Shown here one piece after another: positions 55,936-64,000 of a stretch of 64,000 bases of DNA (position 1 is the first letter of the stretch; each line of letters begins with the position of its first letter). This stretch comes from Candidatus Omnitrophota bacterium (lineage in GTDB: Bacteria; Omnitrophota; Gorgyraeia; Gygaellales; Profunditerraquicolaceae). Location of the stretch: contig JBFMDA010000001.1 in assembly GCA_040754255.1 (NCBI GenBank), positions 2,535 through 66,534 on the forward strand, read 5' to 3'. The position numbers were made by a program, and so were the translations under genes. A model generated the notes under the pieces. That model was given only the letters and a program-made list of their open reading frames with translations, ran no database searches and was not told where the DNA came from.

Positions 55936-57114
55936 ATGCTTAAAGTCTTAGTTTTGAGTTATATGTTCCCTGATACGCGTAACCCCCAATTGGGAATATT
56001 TATAAAGAGGGAGGTAGCCAGTCTTTCTAAACGGTGCGAATTAAAAGTTGTTTCTCCCCGTCCCTGGATATTCTTTAAAGAATGGCTAGGGGCAAATAGT
56101 GAAAGCGGCACGTCTGTAATAGACGCATATTACCCGCGTTACTTACCTTTACCAGGACATTTTTTTAACCCGATTAAAGGTTGGTGGTTTTATATTTTTA
56201 CCAAGAGGTTGATTTCAACAATTAAAAACGGGTTTAACTTTGACGTTATACATGCGCACCGCGCCTATCCGGAAGGGTTTGCCGCTATACTTTTGGGTAA
56301 ATTTTTTAAAAAACCCGTGGTCATCACTGTGCGCGGTTCGGATATAAATCTTCTGCCGAAACAATTTTTAATGAAACGCCTGATTAGGTCCGCGCTTCAA
56401 AAAGCATCCGTTGTGATTGCGGTAAGTAAAGATTTGAAAGAGAAAGTTTACGGTTTAGGCGTAGATGAAAACAAAATAAAACTTATGCCTAAGGGGGTTA
56501 ACCTGGAAATCTTTAAGCCGAGGGATAAACAAAGTATAAGAAAAGTTCTGGGATTGCCTGCGGATAAAACAATAGTGCTTTATGCCGGAAATCTGGTGGC
56601 GGTAAAAAACCCATTAGCGATAGTAACTGCGGCTTTGCGTATTCCGCAAGATATACTAAAAAAATGTTTTTTTGTTTTTGTAGGAGAAGGAGAGTTGAAA
56701 CAGGCACTTGATAGAAAGGTCCACTACTCAAGGCTGGAAGATTATTTTTTATTAACCGGAGCCGTTCTTCCTGAGCAAATCCCACCTTGGATGAATGCCG
56801 CGGATATTTTTGTTTTACCAAGCATTTCTGAAGGCATGCCCAATGTTCTTTATGAAGCAATGGCCTGCGGCTTAGCGGTTATTGCCTCTGATGTAGGAGG
56901 TATAATTGATACAATAGAAGATGGTAAAAACGGATTATTATTTCCTTTCCAAGATGCTCAAGCTTTAAGCTTAGATATTATAAAATTAGCAAATGATACG
57001 AGTTTGAGGAAAGAACTAGGAAAAAATGCCAGGCTTTACCTTGAAAATGCCAGATTAACCTGGGAAACAAATGCTTCTTTGGTGGAAAGCTTTTACAAAA
57101 CAATTTTAACTTAA
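55936..57114 (+). CDS. glycosyltransferase family 4 (GT-B, group 1)
   Basis: GT4 C-terminal motif (PSISEGMPNVLYEAMACGLAVIASDVGGI). Confidence 0.75.
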   Translation: MLKVLVLSYMFPDTRNPQLGIFIKREVASLSKRCELKVVSPRPWIFFKEWLGANSESGTSVIDAYYPRYLPLPGHFFNPIKGWWFYIFTKRLISTIKNGFNFDVIHAHRAYPEGFAAILLGKFFKKPVVITVRGSDINLLPKQFLMKRLIRSALQKASVVIAVSKDLKEKVYGLGVDENKIKLMPKGVNLEIFKPRDKQSIRKVLGLPADKTIVLYAGNLVAVKNPLAIVTAALRIPQDILKKCFFVFVGEGELKQALDRKVHYSRLEDYFLLTGAVLPEQIPPWMNAADIFVLPSISEGMPNVLYEAMACGLAVIASDVGGIIDTIEDGKNGLLFPFQDAQALSLDIIKLANDTSLRKELGKNARLYLENARLTWETNASLVESFYKTILT

Positions 57115-57121
57115 AAATATT

Positions 57122-58438
57122 ATGGAAAACCAGGTATTTCTATTGATCCTTGGTTCAATTATCTTTTTCGTGACAGCTATTAATCCGTTCTTGATCTTGC
57201 CCGTCTTTATAATTGGCTCTTATATAGAATTTATGCTCTATTTTCCAAGGCTAGTTCAATATAATCCTACTGTAATCTTGGGAATAATAGTACTTTCCGC
57301 CTGGATATTCCATCTGGTAATCTATAGAGATCTGCCTCCTACGAAGAGCAAGCAGATTTTAATAATATGGGTTTTTATTTTATGGACTTTCTGCAATTCA
57401 CTTGTTCATAGGGATAGCAGCTTAGAAGCTTTTATTGATTTTCTGCGGATGCTAATTCCGTATTTTTTCTTCGCCTATATTGTCAAAACACGCAAACAAA
57501 TGTCCATTATCGTATGGGTTCTTTTAATTATAGGTACAATTACTGCATTATACGGGATCTATCAACTCAAATCTAATATTGGAGTTTATGACAGAGGAGT
57601 AAAGCGCATCGTAAGCTTTATGGACAACCCCAATGCCTTCGGAAATTCACTCACTATTTTGGTCCCATTAGCATTAGGGCTTTTATTTTACCGCAAACAT
57701 AAGTTTTTTATGAAGGGTATTATTCTTGCCATACTTGCCTGCTTTATTGCAGGAATTGTTATTTCATTTTCACGCGGTTGTTTTATTGGATTGTTGCTTG
57801 GTATATTTTTTTCCGTTGCCAAGTTTTTCAGAAGGAGCAAAAAAGTGTTTGCATTCATGGCTACTTTTTGTTTGCTTTTGGTAATAATTTATTTATTTCC
57901 GGATAGGCAAAAATACATACTATGGGCAAGACTGAGAACAATCATACGCGCTGACTCGGTTGAAACAATCGATATGGGCAGGACAGAAACGGCGAAGGCA
58001 GGATTACAAATTATGCGCGAAAAACCAATTTTTGGTGTTGGCCTGGCCGGTTTTACTAATGAATATTTTAGGCTGGCTTCCGAATCGCCCGATATTAAAG
58101 TAGTAAGTAAAGATGCGTTGGTACCGCACAATCTGTATATACAAGTCGGCTCTTCTTTAGGCATTCCTGGCTTAGCGCTATATTTACTTTTAGTCTTATT
58201 TGTATTTAAAGATTTAAGAGCTGCGGAGCGAAAATTTCGTTTAAAAAATGACGGCTTGCTTATGAATATATCTATGGCCTTTCAAATAATGATAATGGTA
58301 TTCTTGATATCCGGATTTTTCGGGGGCGCTTTAATGAAAAAAATTTTCTGGATACTTGCTCCGCTGGCAATTGCATTAAAAAGAATTTCGCCTCAAGAAG
58401 GACAAAAAGAGTTGCTAAAAATTAAGCATGAAAGATAA
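57122..58438 (+). CDS. O-antigen ligase/polymerase family protein (Wzy-like)
   Basis: Polytopic membrane protein with a Wzy_C-type loop (PHNLYIQVGSSLGIPG). Confidence 0.65.
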   Translation: MENQVFLLILGSIIFFVTAINPFLILPVFIIGSYIEFMLYFPRLVQYNPTVILGIIVLSAWIFHLVIYRDLPPTKSKQILIIWVFILWTFCNSLVHRDSSLEAFIDFLRMLIPYFFFAYIVKTRKQMSIIVWVLLIIGTITALYGIYQLKSNIGVYDRGVKRIVSFMDNPNAFGNSLTILVPLALGLLFYRKHKFFMKGIILAILACFIAGIVISFSRGCFIGLLLGIFFSVAKFFRRSKKVFAFMATFCLLLVIIYLFPDRQKYILWARLRTIIRADSVETIDMGRTETAKAGLQIMREKPIFGVGLAGFTNEYFRLASESPDIKVVSKDALVPHNLYIQVGSSLGIPGLALYLLLVLFVFKDLRAAERKFRLKNDGLLMNISMAFQIMIMVFLISGFFGGALMKKIFWILAPLAIALKRISPQEGQKELLKIKHER

Positions 58439-59777
58439 AATCACTCTACGCAAAATTCCTTATCCTTACAAAGCCGCCTTGGCCATATGTAGCGATTTAG
58501 ATAAAATAAATCGTGAAAAATTTGACCAAATACACGACTTTCTTTCCTCGAATAAGCCTACTTTACTTGGTAATGGACTAGAATTAGAAATCGCGGATTC
58601 ATTCTGGATGTACTCCTCTAGCAGTGACACAGTAAACGCTTTTTCATATTTTGAAGGAATAAGTGAAAAACCTTCTTATAATGCGATTAAAATTGAAGAA
58701 ATGATTTCAGCCGGTTTTATAGACTCTTTGCATACTTACGGAGATTTCAGCGAATACCCGGGCTTTAATCGCGAATTGGCAAAGCGTGCCTTAGCCCAAA
58801 TGCATAAAAAAAACATGAAGATCTCTGTATGGATTAATCATGGGAATATACATAATTTTCAGAATATCGGGATTAAAACAGCTCTTGGAGATGTAGAATA
58901 TATTTCTGCCGTTGATGGCGGTAAAAGAAAGTGTATTGAGTATCATGCTGACTTAACGCTTCCCTTCGGATTTAAGTACTTATGGATTGATGAACTTACT
59001 GAAATTGTAGGTCAGGAAAGGCCATGTGGGATAATTGAAGCAGTTTTTTCAAAGCTATTTGAATCTAAGCCTACGAAGTCACTTTTCCACAAGTTAATGC
59101 TAATCTTGGTTCCATTTTTATTAATTCTTCAAAATAAATTATCTTTGAAACTAAAAATAAATGTAGTCCTGAATAAACTATTTCCAAAAGCCTTTAATGG
59201 TAACAATGATTTAATAAAAGTAATTACGTTGAGGGACGGTCAAAAAGCTTATTCTTTCAAAAGATATGGACGTTTCGGGGTTGATAATGCCGATGCCCTG
59301 CCTAAGCTTTTGTCTAAGCCTACTTTGAAAAAATTAAAACATAATATGGGAATTATGGTACTATTTGTGCATCTTGCTAAAAGTGATAACCAGAAAAATA
59401 TCTTTTCTACCCAAGCTTGTGATGCTCTGCGATATCTTTCAGCTCAAGAAAAGAGCGGACAGATATATGTAACTACTACTAGTAAACTATTGCATTATAC
59501 TGTTTTGAAAAAATTTTTGAAATGGAGGGCCCAACATAGACCCGATGAAATAGAGATTATCATAGAAAAAGTAGAGGATCCTGTGTACGGAGATTACATC
59601 CCTACCGTACAACAACTACAAGGAATTACTTTTTATGTACCGGATGCCCAAAAAATATCTGTAAGTATTAATGGTAACAAAATACCTGTAAGCCGGAACT
59701 TACCTGATTTTACCGGTAAAGAATCCGTAACCATTCCGTTAACCCGGCTTAAGTACCCGAACAATATAAATGCATAG
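58428..59777 (+). CDS. hypothetical protein (possible carbohydrate-modifying enzyme; function unassigned)
   Basis: 449-aa ORF co-oriented with and overlapping its neighbours. No confident motif. Confidence 0.35.
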   Translation: MKDKITLRKIPYPYKAALAICSDLDKINREKFDQIHDFLSSNKPTLLGNGLELEIADSFWMYSSSSDTVNAFSYFEGISEKPSYNAIKIEEMISAGFIDSLHTYGDFSEYPGFNRELAKRALAQMHKKNMKISVWINHGNIHNFQNIGIKTALGDVEYISAVDGGKRKCIEYHADLTLPFGFKYLWIDELTEIVGQERPCGIIEAVFSKLFESKPTKSLFHKLMLILVPFLLILQNKLSLKLKINVVLNKLFPKAFNGNNDLIKVITLRDGQKAYSFKRYGRFGVDNADALPKLLSKPTLKKLKHNMGIMVLFVHLAKSDNQKNIFSTQACDALRYLSAQEKSGQIYVTTTSKLLHYTVLKKFLKWRAQHRPDEIEIIIEKVEDPVYGDYIPTVQQLQGITFYVPDAQKISVSINGNKIPVSRNLPDFTGKESVTIPLTRLKYPNNINA

Positions 59778-62184
59778 ATTAATTCTATTATTAGCTATTT
59801 TTCTTAATACAGTAGGTTTTAGTATTGCCGGCAATATTCCTATTGAGGAAGACGGCAAAAATATTCTAAGTTCCCACCCTAGGATCTTTATTAATTCATT
59901 TAATATTGGAGAGCATCGAGAAAAGGTACAGTGGCTGCTTAGTGATCCTTTTGAGCGATTAATAAAATCGAAGCAAACCAAGGTCCCGCAAAGATTGACG
60001 CGCCTGAAAGACTATATCTATAAAAATGCGTATCTTTACCAAATAACGGGAGATAAAAAGTGGGCAGAACATGTTATCGAAGCCATGGAGCAACTTCCAA
60101 AATCGCTTCAGGCTTATGGAAGCAACGAAGATAGTAGCTTTGCTCATGCCTTAGAGGCATGGTCCATAGGATTTGACTGGTGTTATGATCAGATAGTCGC
60201 ATCTGGTAAAAAAGATCAGTTCGTTACATGGATAAATAATTATTTTTTAAAAGTACGCGATAATTTAAGTATTTTACCTGATTTTCATAATTACGCCAGT
60301 CAAGACGAATTCGCTATTCTCGCTGCCGGCCTCGCCACTTACGGCGACAATCCGCAAGCGCCTCACTATATCAACCTGGCAAAAGATATTATGGAAAGAG
60401 GCAAAGAAAGAAATGGGATAGTTTATAATGTAGCCGAATCTATTAAGTTTGTTGATGGAACCTGCAATTGGGAAGGAGTAACATATGGCAGGCAGCAGTT
60501 GTTTAATTATTTTAAATATGCTGAAGCCTGGAGAACTGCAACGAATAATACAATAAACCCCTGGCAGGGCGTTTTTGCTAAATTGGAAAACGCCGGTTAT
60601 TATATAATATACAGCCTGAGGCCCGATGATAAATTCGAAAATTTAGCCGACATATCTTATCCGCGTATTTCATATTATGACATAAATAACCTTGCTGCCC
60701 TTGAGAGCCGGTTCAAAAACGGCTATTTCACTGCTTTTATCAATAAATATTATCGTTGGAGTAGCGGTAAACTTATAACAGATATTTGGCTTGGCCGTTT
60801 TGACTCATCCTTGGTTTATTATCTTTTATGGTATGACCCGAAGATAAAAGAAAAGGACCTCGAAGAACTTCCAAAAACAAGAAAATTTGGCGATGTAATT
60901 ATAATGAGAACGGGTTTTAAGAAAACCGATACAATGCTATCCTTTAAAAGCGGAATCCATTGGGGCTTTCATTCGCAGCTTGACCATGGTTCTTTTACGA
61001 TATACAAAGATGTGCCCCTGGCGATTGATAGCGGTTACTATGACAGTTGGGGCTCGGGTAAAGAACACAATTGGAGCTATTGGAAAAGAACTATTGCCCA
61101 CAACTCCCTTCTTATTTATGATGCAACAGAGAAACGGGTTACCTATCCAAGAAACAATATCTGCAGCAATGACGGAGGCCAAAGAATGGCTTTTATAACA
61201 TTTTCGCCTCCATATATTAAAACGGGGAGTACTAATAAACCGGTAAGCATTCAACATTTAAACAAACATCTTGAAGAATTCTTAATGGGAACATTCAGTG
61301 CTTACGAATTCACTAGTAGCTATGATTACGTTAAAACAGATATTACTAAAGCATATAATAATGTGTACAGTGGAAAAGGGACAAACCAGCCAAGGAAAGT
61401 AGATTTAGTACAGAGAGAGTTTGTATATTTAAAACCAGATATTGTCGTTGTTTTCGACAAAGTATATGCGGCAAAGGACAGTTTAATAAAAAAATGGTTG
61501 TTACATAGCGGGAGCTACTATGATAAATCAGCGCAGCCTGTTCTAAATGGAAGAGAAAAAGTGCTGAAGGGGACAGTAGATCAGGGCATTACAGAATCAA
61601 CAGATACTGACCTGACTACTATAACAAGAGGCCGTGGCAGGTTATTTATAAAAACATTGTTGCCCAAAAATCATGTAACGAGAAAAATAGGCGGGCAGGG
61701 ATACGAATTCTGGGTAGACGATAAAAACGCACCTATTTCTTCAAAAATCATTCCCTTAGAGAGACAGTCCGAAGATCCAGGGGCGTGGCGGATAGAAATA
61801 CAGCCAAAAGAAAAGCAAAAAAATGATTTTTTTCTTCACTTAATTTCTATTTCTAATTCTGAGGTTTCTTCAATGCCCGATGCCACAATGATACAAACAA
61901 ACTCAAAGAATATGATAGGTATTCGGCTTATTTCCAAAAGTGATAATTTTCACTACATTGTTATGTTTAATTCAACTAAAGAAAGCATCAAAAATGCTGA
62001 TTTAGATATTGGCGGAGAGGGCAAAATAAAAGCCTTACTTTCCGGACTTCAGCCTTCAAGCAAATACGATATCTTAAGAAATAATCAGTTTTTAGAAAAC
62101 GGGGTATCCGCTGCTGAAGGAACATTGTATTTTGACTTGGATCTAAGTGGAAACAAGAATCTCTTTTCTATCCGCTTAAAATAA
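59770..62184 (+). CDS. secreted heparinase II/III-like polysaccharide lyase family protein
   Basis: Signal peptide. N-terminal alpha/alpha toroid region. Central Hepar_II_III-type block HGSFTIYKDVPLAIDSGYYD...IAHNSLLIYD. Confidence 0.6.
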   Translation: MHRLILLLAIFLNTVGFSIAGNIPIEEDGKNILSSHPRIFINSFNIGEHREKVQWLLSDPFERLIKSKQTKVPQRLTRLKDYIYKNAYLYQITGDKKWAEHVIEAMEQLPKSLQAYGSNEDSSFAHALEAWSIGFDWCYDQIVASGKKDQFVTWINNYFLKVRDNLSILPDFHNYASQDEFAILAAGLATYGDNPQAPHYINLAKDIMERGKERNGIVYNVAESIKFVDGTCNWEGVTYGRQQLFNYFKYAEAWRTATNNTINPWQGVFAKLENAGYYIIYSLRPDDKFENLADISYPRISYYDINNLAALESRFKNGYFTAFINKYYRWSSGKLITDIWLGRFDSSLVYYLLWYDPKIKEKDLEELPKTRKFGDVIIMRTGFKKTDTMLSFKSGIHWGFHSQLDHGSFTIYKDVPLAIDSGYYDSWGSGKEHNWSYWKRTIAHNSLLIYDATEKRVTYPRNNICSNDGGQRMAFITFSPPYIKTGSTNKPVSIQHLNKHLEEFLMGTFSAYEFTSSYDYVKTDITKAYNNVYSGKGTNQPRKVDLVQREFVYLKPDIVVVFDKVYAAKDSLIKKWLLHSGSYYDKSAQPVLNGREKVLKGTVDQGITESTDTDLTTITRGRGRLFIKTLLPKNHVTRKIGGQGYEFWVDDKNAPISSKIIPLERQSEDPGAWRIEIQPKEKQKNDFFLHLISISNSEVSSMPDATMIQTNSKNMIGIRLISKSDNFHYIVMFNSTKESIKNADLDIGGEGKIKALLSGLQPSSKYDILRNNQFLENGVSAAEGTLYFDLDLSGNKNLFSIRLK

Positions 62185-62202
62185 TTAAAAGCAGAGGTAA
62201 AA

Positions 62203-63348
62203 ATGATGAAATTTATTTTCTGGTTACTACTATTCAGCATAGGTTATACTTATTTTGGCTATCCAATACTTATGGCGATTTTGTTGAAAATTAAGAAAAA
62301 CAAACTAGTAAATAAAGCAGAAATTTTTCCGTTGGTCAGCATTGTGATTGCTGCTTATAACGAAGAAAAGAATATCGGAGCAAAAATTTCTGATTTACTT
62401 AACTTGGATTATCCAAGAGAAAAAATGGAAATAACCGTAGTTTCCGATTTCTCTACTGATCAGACTGACGAAATTGTTAGAAGCTTTGCAGACAGAGGAG
62501 TTAAATTGGTGAGGCTGGAAAAACGTAGTGGCAAAATCGATGCTTATCGCAATGTTTTACCCGATTTGAAGGGAGAAATTATTGTATTTTCCGACGCTAC
62601 CAGCCTGCTTGATAGATATAGTATTGGAAAACTAATAAATAATTTTAATGATCCTACCGTAGGTTGTGTTGGCGGGCTGCTTATGTATATTAACCCTAAA
62701 AATGCTCTTGTAGGAAAGGGAGAAAGAAAATATTGGTCTTATGAGAAACGAATCAGGGAATATGAAAGCAAGCTAGATTCATTGCCTTCGGTTTCGGGAA
62801 CGTTATATGCGGTACGCAAGGAACTTTTCCCGCTCGATATGAAAGAATACCTTGCAGACGACTTGATCATTCCACTTATAGTAAAAAAGAAAGGATATCG
62901 TACGGTCTTTGAGAAAGGCGCGATTTGTAAAGATTTTACTACTATTACCATCAAAGAAGAAATGGCTAAGAGAATAAGAATAACCGTACAAAACATAAGA
63001 GGCCTTTTAGACCAGTTGGAAATTTTGAACTTTTTCAAATATGGTATTTTTTCTTTGTTGGTTTTTTCTCATAAGGTACTAAGACTACTGATACCAATTT
63101 TTTTGCTGGTATTATTCATTTGTAATATTATACTTATCACACAGCATTATCTCTATTCGCTCATCTTACTAGCCCAACTGCTATTTTACGTTATGGGCAT
63201 ATTTGGACATCAATTGAATAAGAAAATAAAGCTTACTGCGGCAAATACTTCGTTTTATTTTTGTCTTTCTAACATTTCAATTTTTATAGGCATACTTGAA
63301 TTTATAAAAGGGAATAGAGTTACTACCTGGGAAACGGTGAGAACCTAA
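62203..63348 (+). CDS. membrane glycosyltransferase family 2 (GT-A)
   Basis: VSIVIAAYNEEKNI, DAD-type DxD (VFSDATS) and C-terminal TM helices. Confidence 0.7.
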   Translation: MMKFIFWLLLFSIGYTYFGYPILMAILLKIKKNKLVNKAEIFPLVSIVIAAYNEEKNIGAKISDLLNLDYPREKMEITVVSDFSTDQTDEIVRSFADRGVKLVRLEKRSGKIDAYRNVLPDLKGEIIVFSDATSLLDRYSIGKLINNFNDPTVGCVGGLLMYINPKNALVGKGERKYWSYEKRIREYESKLDSLPSVSGTLYAVRKELFPLDMKEYLADDLIIPLIVKKKGYRTVFEKGAICKDFTTITIKEEMAKRIRITVQNIRGLLDQLEILNFFKYGIFSLLVFSHKVLRLLIPIFLLVLFICNIILITQHYLYSLILLAQLLFYVMGIFGHQLNKKIKLTAANTSFYFCLSNISIFIGILEFIKGNRVTTWETVRT

Positions 63349-64000
63349 TGTCAAAAGGCTCTATAATAGCTATGATGTATGTCATTACGTTTGCAATGGC
63401 CTTTTGTATCTCTTATACCCTTACTCCGCTGATAAGATGGACAAGCCTTAAAATGCATTGGCTTGATAAGCCAAACTGGCGCAAAGTCAATACAAATCCA
63501 ATGCCGCTCGTAGGAGGATTAGCTATATTTTGCGGTTTCTTAGCGACTATCTTATTTATTTCTGGTCAACAGCCGTTTTTTCCGATTAAGGATAAACTGT
63601 TATCGGTTTTAGCAACTTCGTTCATCATTTGCCTTGTCGGTATGGCTGACGATATAAAAGGCCTTAGCCCGCGCAGGAAACTATTTTACCAACTAGTTGC
63701 AGCCGCAATAGCTACCCTTTTAGGATTTATGATATTAAAAGTAAGCAGCCCATTCGGCGGTCATATTAATGCACCGTTTGTCTTTTCGCTTTTAATCACG
63801 GTTTTATGGATTATAGGATTTACCAATGCAATTAACCTCATGGACGGCCTTGATGGTCTCGCTGCGGGTGTTTCATCAATTATTGCAATAAGCCTATTCT
63901 TTGCAGCGATAAGAACCAATAACCCACTAATGGCAATTTTATCAATTGCCCTTGCTGGCAGCGCACTAGGTTTTCTTCCCCATAACTTCTTTCCGGCAAA
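63348..64000 (+). CDS. WecA/MraY-family polyprenyl-phosphate N-acetylhexosamine-1-phosphate transferase (3' end outside window)
   Basis: ATG overlaps the upstream TAA. KPNWRKVNTNPMPLVGGL, MADDIKGL and NAINLMDGLDGLAAG motifs. Open to the window end. Confidence 0.75.
   Translation, partial: MSKGSIIAMMYVITFAMAFCISYTLTPLIRWTSLKMHWLDKPNWRKVNTNPMPLVGGLAIFCGFLATILFISGQQPFFPIKDKLLSVLATSFIICLVGMADDIKGLSPRRKLFYQLVAAAIATLLGFMILKVSSPFGGHINAPFVFSLLITVLWIIGFTNAINLMDGLDGLAAGVSSIIAISLFFAAIRTNNPLMAILSIALAGSALGFLPHNFFPA

Overview
This is a 64-kb bacterial chromosomal segment from an unidentified, probably uncultured lineage. It is gene-dense, almost entirely on the + strand, with moderate GC that drops visibly after about 46.4 kb.

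Housekeeping genes fill the first ~34 kb:
- A 5'-truncated dGTPase-like HD phosphohydrolase, a GAF/HD-GYP phosphodiesterase, and SPOR, SH3b and M50-protease genes.
- aroB, followed by a divergent ExeA/GspB-like pair.
- A short IMPDH-family gene plus guaA, dnaE, hup, hisS, a short GAD-less aspS and a LysM lipoprotein.
- The phoH / 7TM-HD (PgpH-like) / ybeY operon, then recO, a PolX polymerase, apbE, mgtE and panB.
- A PilZ-PilT fusion ATPase, alpha2-type glyQS, ppdK, a sigma-70 factor, apt and tRNA-Arg(CCT).

A glucan module follows at 34.9-41.1 kb:
- An outer-membrane beta-barrel and a GH57 glucan enzyme.
- A minus-strand four-helix-bundle (23S-rRNA-IVS-type) gene nested between inverted repeat arms.
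- A membrane protein with a basic N-terminal tail.
- A ParA/MinD-type ATPase fused to a C-terminal AMPK-beta/CBM48 glycogen-binding domain, then a hyper-basic PK-repeat protein.

From 41.6 kb to the window end lies a large Wzx/Wzy-type exopolysaccharide locus with the gene set of PEP-CTERM/exosortase-associated EPS loci:
- Export and chain-length module: a Wza-like exporter, a chain-length determinant, an ExeA-like ATPase and a BY-kinase.
- Modification enzymes: two tandem CapK/PaaK-like adenylate-forming enzymes, a FemAB/GNAT protein and an ATP-grasp protein.
- Assembly genes: GT4 x2, wecB, wzx, a Wzy-like polymerase, a heparinase II/III-like protein, GT2 and a truncated WecA-like gene.

The most unusual feature is a pervasive family of intergenic heptanucleotide tandem-repeat elements, of which at least 22 copies are listed as features below. 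The main type has the layout (GCGTATN)n, a palindromic core, (GGTTAAG/CCTTAAC)n, (TACGCNA)n, and ends in TACGAAA just before start codons. Related types use CTATNGAC, TCTAAAC and CTCCGAG units. The elements are often arranged as long hairpins, sometimes overlap stop or start codons, and in a few places lie in-frame inside coding regions. Two candidate novel systems stand out: the ParA-CBM48 module as a possible glycogen-granule positioning system, and the repeat family with a nested four-helix-bundle gene. All calls are from reading the sequence by eye; no searches were run.
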